DNA from: Leucoraja erinacea
Taxonomy: Eukaryota
Length of the DNA stretch: 64,000 nucleotides
NCBI RefSeq assembly: GCF_028641065.1
Contig: NC_073412.1
Span: 5,084,001-5,148,000, forward strand
Reading direction: 5' to 3'
Shown here: piece by piece, positions 25,081 through 35,778 of the stretch
How the letters are laid out: the number at the start of each line of letters is the position of its first letter
Position numbering within the stretch: the stretch's first letter is position 1
Program-made: the position numbers and the translations under genes
The notes under the pieces: generated by a model
What the model saw: only the letters and a program-made list of their open reading frames with translations
What the model was told of the DNA's origin: nothing
Database searches by the model: none

Positions 25081-25785
25081 CTTCTCCATAGAGATTGACA
25101 ACTGCAGATATCCTCAGCACAAGAGGAATGAAAGCAAACGTGCACACACCCTGCAGTGATTGCAAAAGCAAATTTAAATGCATGCATCACTGGAAATGAA
25201 TGCAAACCATCCTGCTAACCCAGTAGGTAAACACATCACACAATGCCTGTCACCTGTCCAAAATCTCCCATCGGCCCATGATATCAAAAACCATGACAGA
25301 ATTATAATTGTTAGTGAAAAACATACTGCCCAAATGTCAACTTGACCAGCCTAAATTATAGGTAGGGAGAAACGGCCAAGGTTGATGCCAGAAATTAATT
25401 TTAAAAGCCTTACGGGCTACTTTAAAAAAGATCTGAGGATTCTAATACAATAATCTTACTGTTCGGATTTATTCAGATTACGTACTGCAAAACTCTGATA
25501 AGAGAGGACAAGGTTGGGGTAGAGGGGGGACTGAGGGATTACAACTGAGGGAGGGATAGTTCAGGGTCAGGAAGGGACAAGGACGAGGGGGGGGGAGAAA
25601 GAGAAAGGTGTGAATGAGGAGAGGGGGGGCAGGTTGGAGACGGGGGGGGGAGGGAGAGGGAGAAGGAGGTGGGGAGAGGGGTGCGAGTGAAAACTTTGAG
25701 AGGGAGGTTTCAGGGTCAGGGAGGGAAGAGGACAAGTTGGGATGAGGGGGGGGCTGATTTATTACTCAGAGGGAGGTGTTAAGAG

Positions 25786-25954
25786 NNNNNNNNNNNNNNN
25801 NNNNNNNNNNNNNNNNNNNNNNNNNNNNNNNNNNNNNNNNNNNNNNNNNNNNNNNNNNNNNNNNNNNNNNNNNNNNNNNNNNNNNNNNNNNNNNNNNNNN
25901 NNNNNNNNNNNNNNNNNNNNNNNNNNNNNNNNNNNNNNNNNNNNNNNNNNNNNN
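25786..25954. other. Assembly gap (N run) in MPI intron 1
   Basis: Run of n characters flanked by G-rich sequence. Confidence 1.
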
Positions 25955-26579
25955 GGGGGGGGGGGGAGGTAAAGCTGGGGGGCAGGAAGATTATTCCCGA
26001 TGTTGGAGGAAGTCCTGAACAAGGGGTCACAGTTTAAGGATAAAAGGGAAGTCTTTTAGGACCGAGATTATTAAATCATTTTTTTACACAGAGGGTGGTG
26101 AATCTGTGGAATTCTCTGCCACAGAAGGTAGTTGATGCCAGTTCATTGGCTATATTTAAGAGGGAGTTAGATGTGGCCAGAGTTGGAACACATCCAATGG
26201 GCCAAATTACATTTTTATTTTATTCTAAGATATAAAAAGGGAGCAGAAGTAACAAACTACTGGAGGAACTTGGAGGATTAGACATCACCTGTTGAGGGAA
26301 ATGGTCAGACAAGAATTATTGTATGTGGAGGAGATGAAGCAGTAATTGAATGTTGAGCAAACGATAAACTGCTGAAGGCACTCAACGGGTCAGGCGGCAT
26401 CCATGAAGGGAATGGACAGACAGGGAGCTAGATGTGGCTAAAGGGATCAGGGGGTATGGAGAGAAGGCAGGTACAGGATGGGGAGGGGGAAGGTGGGGAG
26501 GGGACATGATCATAATGAACGGGGTGGGGGCTCGAAGGGTAGAGGATGGCCTACTCCTGAAGGGGAGAGGTTTCTAATG

Positions 26580-27084
26580 GGGGGTGATGGGGAGAGGACA
26601 GGGTGGGGGTGGGAGGGGGAGAGGACAGGGTGGGGGGGGGGAAGAGGACAAGGTGGGGGGTGGGGAGAAGACAAGGTGGGGGTGGGGAGGGGTCAAGGTG
26701 GGGGTGGGGAGGGGTCAAGGTGGGGGTGGGGAGGGGACAAGGTGGGGGTGGTGGAGGGGAGAGACATGGTGGGGGTGGGGGGGGAGGACATGGTGGGGGG
26801 GAAGGGGAGAGGGACATGGTGGGGGTGAAGGGGAGGGGACAGGGTGGGGGTGGGGAGGGGACAAGGTGGGGGGAAGGGGGAGGGGACAAGGTGGGGGGGA
26901 GGGGACAGATGGGGGTGAGGAGAAGGACAAGGTGGGGGTGGGGGAGGACAAGGTGGGGGTGGGGAGGGGACAAGGTGGGGGGGAGGAGACGATAAGGTGG
27001 GGGGGAGAGGACAAGGTGGGGGTGAAGGGGAGGGGATAAGGGTGGGGGTGGGGAGGGGACAAGGTGGGGGGTGGGGAGGGGACA

Positions 27085-27116
<32 letters not shown>

Positions 27117-27540
27117 AGAGGACAAACATAGAAACATAGAAATTAGGTGCAGGAGTAGGCCATTCGGCCCTTCGAGCCTGCACCGCCATTTAATATGATC
27201 ATGGCTGATCATCCAACTCAGTATCCCGTACCTGCCTTTTCTCCATACCCTCTGATCCCCTTGGCCATAAGGGCCACATCTAACTCCCTCTTAAATATAG
27301 CTAAAAACAAGGTGGGGGGGGGGGGGAAGACATGGTGGGGGTGGGGAAGAGGACAAGGTGGGGGGGGGGAGGAGAGGACAGGGTGGGGGTGAAGGGGAGA
27401 GGACATGGTGGGGGTGAAGGGGAGAGGACATGGTGGGGGTGAAGGGGAGAGGACAAGGTGGGGGTGAAGGGGAGAGGACAAGGTGGGGGTGAAGGGGAGA
27501 GGACAAGGTGGGGGTGAAGGGGAGAGGACAAGGTGGGTGG
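26580..27540 (+). repeat. G-rich minisatellite (ggggacaaggtgggggt-like), interrupted by a CR1 3' end at 27125-27302
   Basis: Repeated G4-G6 tracts; potentially G-quadruplex forming. Confidence 0.9.
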
Positions 27541-27647
27541 GTAGGTGTGTGGGTGAATGAGCAAAATCCTTCCCCTCAAGCCACTGCATGAGAGGCGCGG
27601 GCCCGCATTGCCGGCCGAATGAACCCGCCGCAGCTCCCTGTGCCCGA

Positions 27648-27788
27648 TGAGCCACCTCATCCCCACACACAGTGAGAGGGTGAGAGCCACCTCATCCCCA
27701 CACACAGTGGGTGAGAGCCACCTCATCCCCACACACAGTGGGTGAGAGCCGCCTCATCCCCACACACAGTGAGAGGGTGAGAGCCGCC
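27648..27788. repeat. ~29-33-bp tandem repeat x4 (gagccacctcatccccacacacagtg...)
   Basis: Direct tandem units next to the MPI exon 1 donor. Confidence 0.9.
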
Positions 27789-27826
27789 GTAACGTGTGAC
27801 CTGCCCGCTCTTCACACAACCCTCAC

Positions 27827-27842
27827 CTTTCACCGTCGCCAT
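27827..27842 (-). CDS. MPI: MPI exon 1 (ATG GCG ACG GTG AAA G)
   Basis: 16-nt coding exon with GTGAGG donor; joins exon 2 to give MATVKVFPLKC, comparable to human MAAPRVFPLSC. Confidence 0.85.
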
Positions 27843-27922
27843 CACCGCCCTCTCTGGAAGACGACGCTTGCTTGCGTGTGAGGTCACCGTCATGCGTAAT
27901 CACGTACAGCGCGTACCCGTGA

Positions 27923-27942
27923 TGCCTGCTGGGAGTTGTAGT
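27923..27942 (-). promoter_or_regulatory. ZNF143/THAP11 (SBS)-type motif in the MPI promoter
   Basis: Minus strand reads ACTACAACTCCCAGCAGGCA, about 80 bp upstream of the MPI ATG. Confidence 0.75.
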
Positions 27943-27975
27943 CGCATCCAGGAAACCTCAGTGTTATGAGCAAAG

Positions 27976-27976
<1 letters not shown>

Positions 27977-28011
<35 letters not shown>

Positions 28012-28129
28012 TTTATAATATAATATAAATTTAGAGTCATGCAGCAGAGATGCAGGCTCTTCGGCCCAACTAGTCCATGCAGACCAAGATACCTCATCTA
28101 ACCCAGTCCTATTTGCGTCTATTTGACTC

Positions 28130-28209
<80 letters not shown>

Positions 28210-28327
28210 TTTATAATATAATATAAATTTAGAGTCATGCAGCAGAGATGCAGGCTCTTCGGCCCAACTAGTCCATGCAGACCAAGATACCTCATCTAAC
28301 CCAGTCCTATTTGTGTCTATTTGAATC

Positions 28328-28383
<56 letters not shown>

Positions 28384-28499
28384 TTTATAATATAATATAA
28401 ATTTAGTCATGCAGCAGAGATGCAGGCTCTTCGGCCCAACTAGTCCATGCAGACCAAGATACCTCATCTAACCCAGTCCTATTTGCGTCTATTTGAATC

Positions 28500-28576
<77 letters not shown>

Positions 28577-28712
28577 TTTATAATATAATATAAATTTAGA
28601 GTCATGCAGCAGAGATGCAGGCTCTTCGGCCCAACTAGTCCATGCAGACCAAGATACCTCATCTAACCCAGTCCTATTTGCGTCTATTTGACTCATATAA
28701 TAATAATAATAA
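27977..28712. repeat. Compound tandem array: 4 x (~100-bp SINE-derived unit plus variable (AAT)n tract)
   Basis: tagagtcatgcagcagagatgcagg...gactcat units start near 28032, 28230, 28404 and 28597. Confidence 0.95.
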
Positions 28713-28789
28713 CCATATAACAATTACAGCACGGAAACAGGCCATCTCGGCCCTACAAGTCCGTGCCGAACAACTTTATATTTTTCATA

Positions 28790-29175
28790 TATAATAATAT
28801 ATTTATGGGCGCCTTTCAAGAGTCTCAAGGACACCTTACAAAAATTTAGCAAGTAGAGGAAAAACATGTAAGCGGAATGAAATAAATAGTAGAGACATGA
28901 CTAGTACACAAAGTAAAGACAGAATTCAATTCAAAACACAATATGAGGCAATTCAAGCACAGATGAAAAGGGAGGGGGACGTGGGGCTAAGGATAGGCAG
29001 AGGTGAAGAGATGGGTCTTGAGGCGGGACTGGAAGATGGTGAGGGACACGGAATTGCGGATCAGTTGGGGGAGGAAGTTCCAGAGCCTGGGAGCTGCCCT
29101 GGAGAAGGCTCTGTCCCCAAAACTGCGGAGATTGGATTTGTGGATGGAGAGGAGACCGGCTGATGTGGATCTGAT
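28790..29175 (-). mobile_element. L2 3' end (paralogue of 13345-13726)
   Basis: Near-identical to the intron-6 copy, including its flanks. Confidence 0.85.
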
Positions 29176-29492
29176 GTGGAGGAGCTCCTCTAGTATCTTT
29201 GATTATGAGAGAGTCAAAAGTCACGATAGACACAAAATGCTGGAATAACTCAATGGGCCAGGCAGCATCTCTGGATAGAAGGAACGGGTGACCCGAAACA
29301 TCACCCACCCCTTCTATCCAGAGATGCTGCCCCGCTGAGTTATTCCAGCATTTTGTGTCTATCTTTGGTGTAAACCAGCATCCAAAGCTCCTTCCTACAC
29401 ATCAATTGTCAATAGTGCTTTATTGCCATATGTCCCAGATAGAACAATAACATTCTTACTTGCAGCAGCACAACAGAATTTGTAAGAGAGAG

Positions 29493-29622
29493 TCAAGATT
29501 CCCACATTGATCTTTCTATCCTGGGCCTCCTCCACTGTCAGAGTGAGATCAAACACAAATTGGAGGAACACCACCTCATATTTTGCTTGGGATGCTTACA
29601 ACCCAGCGATATGAATATTGAT
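29493..29622 (+). mobile_element. Penelope-like element fragment (C-terminal end of the GIY-YIG endonuclease region)
   Basis: Translates as LSILGLLHCQSEIKHKLEEHHLIFCLGCLQPSDMNID, resembling the PLE 'E..LIF.LG.LQP.G.N' end. Confidence 0.7.
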
Positions 29623-30119
29623 TGGATCTTGGGCAGAGCAGTTACCAAATCAAATTGCGATGAATTCTGGTAGGATGCTTTCCATGTGCATAAAGAAACT
29701 GCAGATACTAATTTAAACCGAAGATAGACACAAAATGCTGGAGTAACTCAGTGGGTCAGGCAGCATCTCTGGAGAAATGGAATAGGGTTTCAGATATATT
29801 AAATACCACAACCTCAAATAAGCTCTGAACTGCATAGACTTGGGGAAATTGGTTTGTCCTTCTGCACTATTATTGTTAGTTTGTTTTGTTATGTATTCGT
29901 GTCATACGTCATAAGTCCAAGTTCAAGTGAGTTTATTGTCATGTGTCCCTGTAAAGGACAATGACATTTTTGATTTGCTTCAGCACACAAAAACTTACTA
30001 CAAAACAGATAAGTGGGCACAAAATTTCGTTCAGACTGAAAGGTCTGAATGACAATAAAGGAAATTCAATTCAATTCAATTCAAGTGATAGTAGAATTAG
30101 GCCATTCGACCCAGGTCTA

Positions 30120-30164
<45 letters not shown>

Positions 30165-30166
<2 letters not shown>

Positions 30167-30401
30167 GTCCTGCCTCAAGACCCATCTCTTCACCTCTGCC
30201 TATCCTTAGCCCCACATCCCCCTCCCTGTTCATCTGTGCATTAATTGCCTTATTATTGTGTTTTATATTGAATTCTGTCTTTACTTTGTGTACTAGTCAT
30301 GTCTCTACTATTTATTGAATTCCCCTTACATGTTTTTTCTCTACCTGCTAAATTTTTGTAAGATGTCGTTGAGACTCTTGAAAGGCGCCCATAAATAAAA
30401 T

Positions 30402-30428
<27 letters not shown>
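30165..30428 (+). mobile_element. L2 3' end, inverted relative to 28790-29030
   Basis: ctcaagacccatctcttcacctctgcctat...gggcgcccataaat plus (TTA)n tail. Confidence 0.85.
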
Positions 30429-30438
<10 letters not shown>

Positions 30439-30869
30439 CACACATATATACAGACACACTCATATATATATATATGTGTGTGAGTGTGTGTGTAATACAA
30501 CTATTTTTTCTCCTTTATTGTAGTGTTTAGTGTGGTGTGTTGCATGGCTGATTTTTTGTCACAGTCACTATATCTGGCGATGCAGTTAGAATCCCTTATC
30601 ATTATTCAGCAGAACTCTAGCTTTTGCGATGAAACTGCCTTGAACTGAAACGTTGACTGTTTTGATCTCCAAAACTGCTGTATAACTTGCAGAGTCTTTG
30701 TTCTTCAGATTATCAGCATCTTAAGTTTATTTATCTGCTTTTTGGTTGCCTGCTTTTGGTGTCTTCCAGCCAATATGTTGCATGGCTTCAATTCAATTCA
30801 ATTCAAGTGATAGTAGAATTAGGCCATTCGACCCAGGTCTAGTGTGTGTATATATATATATATATATAT

Positions 30870-31345
30870 TACTGTTATTTGTTTTTAAATCTCTGAATGG
30901 GCTCGCCCCGCCTTACCTCTCTGAGCTGCTCCACCCATACACTCCTGCCCGGTCCCTCAGGTCAGCTGGTCAGCTGCTCCTGGAGGTACCGAGGTCTAGT
31001 CGGAGGCTCAGAGGGGATAGAGCCTTCTCTGTTGCTGCTCCGGCACTCTGGAACACCCTGCCGCTGCACATCAGACAGGCCCCCTCACTGTCCATCTTCA
31101 AATCCAGTGTTAAAACGCATTTGTACTCCCTGGCTTTTGACCATGCCTGAGGCTTTGCTTCTGTTTGTGGTGTTTTTGATGTTTCTTTATTTTACATGTC
31201 TTTTCCTACTATTTCTTTTGATTGTTATTTTTGGTGTGTATTAACTTTTTTTTTGTCAATGATTAGTGATGTACAGCACTTTGTTGCAGCTATGTTTGTT
31301 TTTAAAGTGCTATATAAATAAAATTATTATTATTTATTATTATTA
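30870..31345 (+). mobile_element. L2-clade LINE 3' end (second family)
   Basis: LLFVFKSLNGLAPPYLSELL...GDRAFSVAAPALWNTLP...FKSSVKTHLYSLAF*, followed by a (TTA)n tail. Confidence 0.9.
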
Positions 31346-31374
31346 TATATATATATGTTGCATGGCTTGCTGTG

Positions 31375-31950
31375 TGGCGAGATGGCGATCGACGTCATCG
31401 CGCCGAGGCCCCCCCCCCTCTCCGCCACGCCCTTTATTGTGACGTCACAGTGGGCGGGGGGCGGGGCTTGTTGGAGGGAGGTAGGTGGGGGGGGAGGGTA
31501 GTTCGCGCGTGCGCGCTGCCCGGACCCGTCGGGCGTCAGGAAGTCAGCGCGAGCCGGTGGGGGCGGGGGGGCCGGCGGGAGTGAGAGCGAGCGAGAGAGA
31601 GTGAGTTGTCCGCTAACTTCGACGGCCCCGAGACAACAACAAACATGACAGAGTTCGACGCCAACCCGTTCGCGGACCCGGTGGAAATAAACCCCTTTCA
31701 GGTAGAGAAAGCCGCCGCGCTTTCGCGTTCGTTTGTTCGTTCGTTCGTTCGTCGATCGATGGTCAAAACGAAATGTTCGGCTGGGCCTCAGCCGTTCTCG
31801 AGCGAAACCTAACTTGCTGGCTGGTGATTGACGGGGCGCTCGGCCAATGGAGAGGCAGCCCGTGGTCGACCCGGCCCCCAAAGTGGGCGGGACGTGGCCA
31901 GGCGGTTGATCAAGTTAGATTGTCGCGGCACAGCCTTTGCCTGTCGGACA
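31375..31950 (+). promoter_or_regulatory. SCAMP2 CpG-island promoter
   Basis: Perfect CRE TGACGTCA at 31440-31447, GC boxes, GCGCGTGCGC (NRF1-like) near 31505, CAGGAAGT (ETS) near 31537. Confidence 0.85.
31645..31701 (+). CDS. SCAMP2: Secretory carrier-associated membrane protein 2, exon 1
   Basis: MTEFDANPFADPVEINPFQ (NPF repeats; human SCAMP2 begins MSAFDTNPFADPVDVNPFQ); GT donor. Confidence 0.95.
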
Positions 31951-32015
31951 AAACTTTTAGTGCAAAAGTTATTGGCGAAAAAGGGTCCTGTAGCCTTCAT
32001 TGACAGAGTCAGGCT

Positions 32016-32460
32016 TTTGTTTCCCCCTCTCCTCCAAAACTTGTTTCCCCCTCTCCTCCAAAACTTGTTTCCCCCTCTCCTCCAAAACTTGCTTCCCCCT
32101 CTCCTCCAAAACTTGTTTCCCCCTCTCCTCCAAAACTTGTTTCCCCCTCTCCTCCAAAACTTGTTTCCCCCTCTCCTCCAAAACTTGTTTCCCCCTCTCC
32201 CCCAAAACTCTCCTCCAAAACTTGTTTCCCCCTCTCCTCCAAAACTTGTTTCCCCCTCTCCTCCAAAACTTGTTTCCCCCTCTCCTCCAAAACTTGTTTC
32301 CCCCTCTCCTCCAAAACTTGTTTCCCCCTCTCCTCCAAAACTTGTTTCCCCCTCTCCTCCAAAACGTGTTTCCCCCTCTCCTCCAAATCTTGTTTCCCCC
32401 TCTCCTCCAAAACTTGTTTCCCCCTCTCCTCCAAAACTTGTTTCCCCCTCTCCCCCAAAT
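32016..32460. repeat. 24-bp minisatellite (cttgtttccccctctcctccaaaa), about 18 copies
   Basis: Near-perfect tandem units; explains the LFPPLLQN repeat ORFs. Confidence 0.97.
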
Positions 32461-35400
32461 CTGTAGAGAGATCTGCAGTTCCTTCTAATTTAGAGTGTGA
32501 ACCTGACCATGACCAGGGTTTAAAGTGGGTAGGAAGGAACTGCAGATGCTGGTTTACATTTTCAGTGGAGCAGACCCATTCCTTCTCTCTACAGATGCAG
32601 CCTGACCCGCTGAGTTATTCAAGGAACTGCAGATGCTGGTTTAAGCCGAAGATTGTCACAGAATGCTGGATTAGTTCACTTGCAGTCTGAAGAAGGGTCT
32701 CGATCCGAAACGTCACCCATTCGAGATTGCTGCCTGACCCGCTGAGTTCCTCCAGCATTTTGTATCTATCAAGGGTTTAAAGTGAAGCAGGAAACAGGTG
32801 CAGCGCACTCCTTAAGAAAGGCCAATCCCAGAGTTTGAGTAACGTCCACACCCATTCCTTCATGTCGTCATTTTTTTTTAAAATAAACTAGAGTTGCTCT
32901 TTAAAATGAAGTATCATTTGGGATTATTTTTGCACGGATTTGCAACATAGGAACGAAGCATTCAGAAATCAAGACAAAATGCACAGGTATTAGAGAATCA
33001 CAAAGTGTTGGAGTAACTCAGCAGGTCAGGCAGTATCTCTGGAGAAAATGGACGGATGATGTTGTGGGTTGGGATCTTTCTTCAGACTGAGAGTTTTTGT
33101 CACAGTCACTATATCTGGCGATGCAGTTAGAATCCCTTATCATTATTCAGCAGAACTCTAGCTTTTGTAATGAAACTGCCTTGAACTGAAACGTTGACTG
33201 TTTTGATCTCCAAAACTGCTGTATAACTTGCAGAGTCTTTGTTCTTCAGATTATCAGCATCTTAAGTTTATTTATCTGCTTTTTGGTTGCCTGCTTTTGG
33301 TGTCTTCCAGCCAATATGTCATTACGTTACTTGTCCTTCTTCTTACCCTGCTTACCTTTTGCCATCATAAGCCACTCTGACAATCGAGTAGTTAATACCA
33401 CCTCCTCACTGTATGCTGGGCAAATAAATTTCTCTTAACTTTAGATTTGTTTATCTATGTTTACCTAATCAAATTTTTTCATTATTTCAACTTATTGCAC
33501 ACCTATTTTATCCTTTTCCAGAGAAGACTCGGACTATTTATTATTTCCTGATTATTCGGTATAATCACCTTATTTTTTATCCATCTTCAATGCATTTTAT
33601 GATCACAACTGTTTGTGGGACTATGTGTGATCTATTTTATTTCATCACTTCCTTGACGTAGAAATGTTGCTGCATCCTTATTTACAAATTGACTTAAATT
33701 GTCCAGTTCTACTTTTTAATTCTATTTTGTTTGTAAACTACCCCTAATTTATTATGGTATTTATCTATACCATTATATGTGGACCTGTATTTCTGCCTCC
33801 AAATACCATAAAGATCTTAAAATTGTTTCAGTGCTGGATATGGTGCTTTTGAAGAAAGTAAGACATCAATGTTTTGTGAATTTAGTATCATCAGCGGGTC
33901 AGATAGCATCTCTGGAGAAAAGGAATAGGTGGGTTTAGTCGAGACTCTTCTTCAGACTGAGTTTGGGGAAGGGGAAACGAGAGATATAGACGGTGATATC
34001 GAGAGATATAGGCGTTGGATTAAATTTGACATTGAACCACAAAGATCAATTGAGAATGAAGGAATAAAGAAAACGCTCATGGAGGAAATTCCTGAGCCTA
34101 GTCAAGGAATCTGAAACTACGGCACCATCGTTAAATGACAATTCAAGAGTTGGAGTAACGTGAGGCTGTAAAGTAGAGCATGAAAACTGGGATCGTTGTT
34201 GTATAATTAATGCATTACTCAACATTGAACCAGCTAGGTTAACAAACCTGGGTGGCGGTGGTGGTCTGAAGAAGGGTCGGGACCTGAAACATCGCCTATT
34301 TCCTTCGCTCCATAGATGCTGCCTCACCCGCTGAGTTTCTCCAGCATTTCTGTCTACCTTGGGTGGTGGTGTGTGTGACTTGGTACCGAATAGGATACAG
34401 GCAGGAAATTCTGAGTAAATCCAAATTTACTGAGGATTGAAAGGAGATAAAAATCATGAAATTCATAAATGGGGTCCTGGTTTGAACTCAAAACTCTTAT
34501 GTTAGTGGTGATTAAAACAAGTCGAGAGTGTTTAATTGACATATGTACTGACTATGGAACAATAACATTCTTACTTGGCCCATTAACACTATAACAGACA
34601 AATAAATATGTGATCATCAGTAATACAATACCAGGCCCAGTAATAGTGCAAAATCAAACTCTATAGTGCAATCAGTCCAAAATCCATAGTAGATTATAGT
34701 TAGTTAGTATTGTGCCATGTTCAAGAGCCTGATTGGTGCTGGGAAGAAGCTGTTCTTGAACATGAATGTAATGGTTTTCGGGCTTCTGTACAACCACCTT
34801 CATGGTAGAGAGATGGGAACATGGCCAGGATGGTGTGTGTCTTTTGATGATACTAGCTGCCTTTTTGAGGCAATGCCACCTTCAGCGGTGGGGAAGTCAG
34901 TACCTGTAATGGATTGGACAATGTTTACCACTTTCTGCAGCCCCCTGAGTGTTTCCATTACCCAACCAGGCCATGATGCAACCAGTCAGCAAGCACAGTG
35001 GGATTATAGAATTAACTGTTAAGTCTTTTTATCGAGTCCGCATCACAAGATTAGAAATTGTTCAACTAGAGCTGAACACCCTTCTCGGCATCTGCATACA
35101 GTTGCATCTTGCGCTTCTTGTGCGTGGTGGTGGAAAGATTGGTGGAAATAGGGCCATGATGTGAATGCTCTTTCCTTGACCCCAACTGTTACATAATAGC
35201 AGAAGAAGTAGGGCAGCAAAGGAGGAACACGGTCAGGTGAACAATTAGTAAAAGCTCATTGCATCTGGAGTAGATCTATGTTCTTCGATTGGATTCCCCA
35301 GTGATATCATTGTCTGGGATTTTTTTTCCATTATTTCACGTCTCAGAATTTAGCAGCTAGGCTGCAAAAATGCTTTTCATTTGGACTTAGATGCATATTT

Positions 35401-35778
35401 TCCAAAGTTTAGGTGCTTCCAGAGAGGCTATACTTTTGCATTTAAAAACATGCGCATGTATTTGGCACATTGGATTGAAATTCTAGCAATGTACTGTGTG
35501 TATTCAATTACACACTTTTGAATATTTATTTAACGGCTGTAAAGTTTTTTCTCTTAAGATGGACTAAGGAGAAGACTTAAATTTCAGTTTCAACAAGCAG
35601 AAGTGTAAGATAAGATTCTCCACAGCTGAGGTCGTGTGACTCCCTACCCCTTAAAATGGCCTGAAAGGCTTCAAAGTTGCTATGTCAAAGCAGAAAAAGG
35701 GTAAAATTGGACAGTCTACCCAACATCACATTGTCTGTGCTGACTTTTTTTGTTGCACTCTATTCTACTCTCACCATA

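Noticed and set aside
26420-27212. Gly/Pro-rich ORFs and a G-corrupted CR1 end
   Set aside because: Low-complexity G-rich repeat beside an N gap; sequence quality is probably poor.
27977-28712. CRISPR-like repeat/spacer appearance
   Set aside because: Vertebrate DNA, ~100-bp SINE-derived repeats, spacers are (AAT)n microsatellite, and no cas genes.
31606-31644. Upstream extension of the SCAMP2 ORF shown in the ORF track
   Set aside because: It starts at a non-ATG codon; homology begins at the ATG at 31645.
31828-32488. Repetitive ORFs (LFPPLLQN, SPSPPKLV)
   Set aside because: Products of the 24-bp intronic minisatellite.
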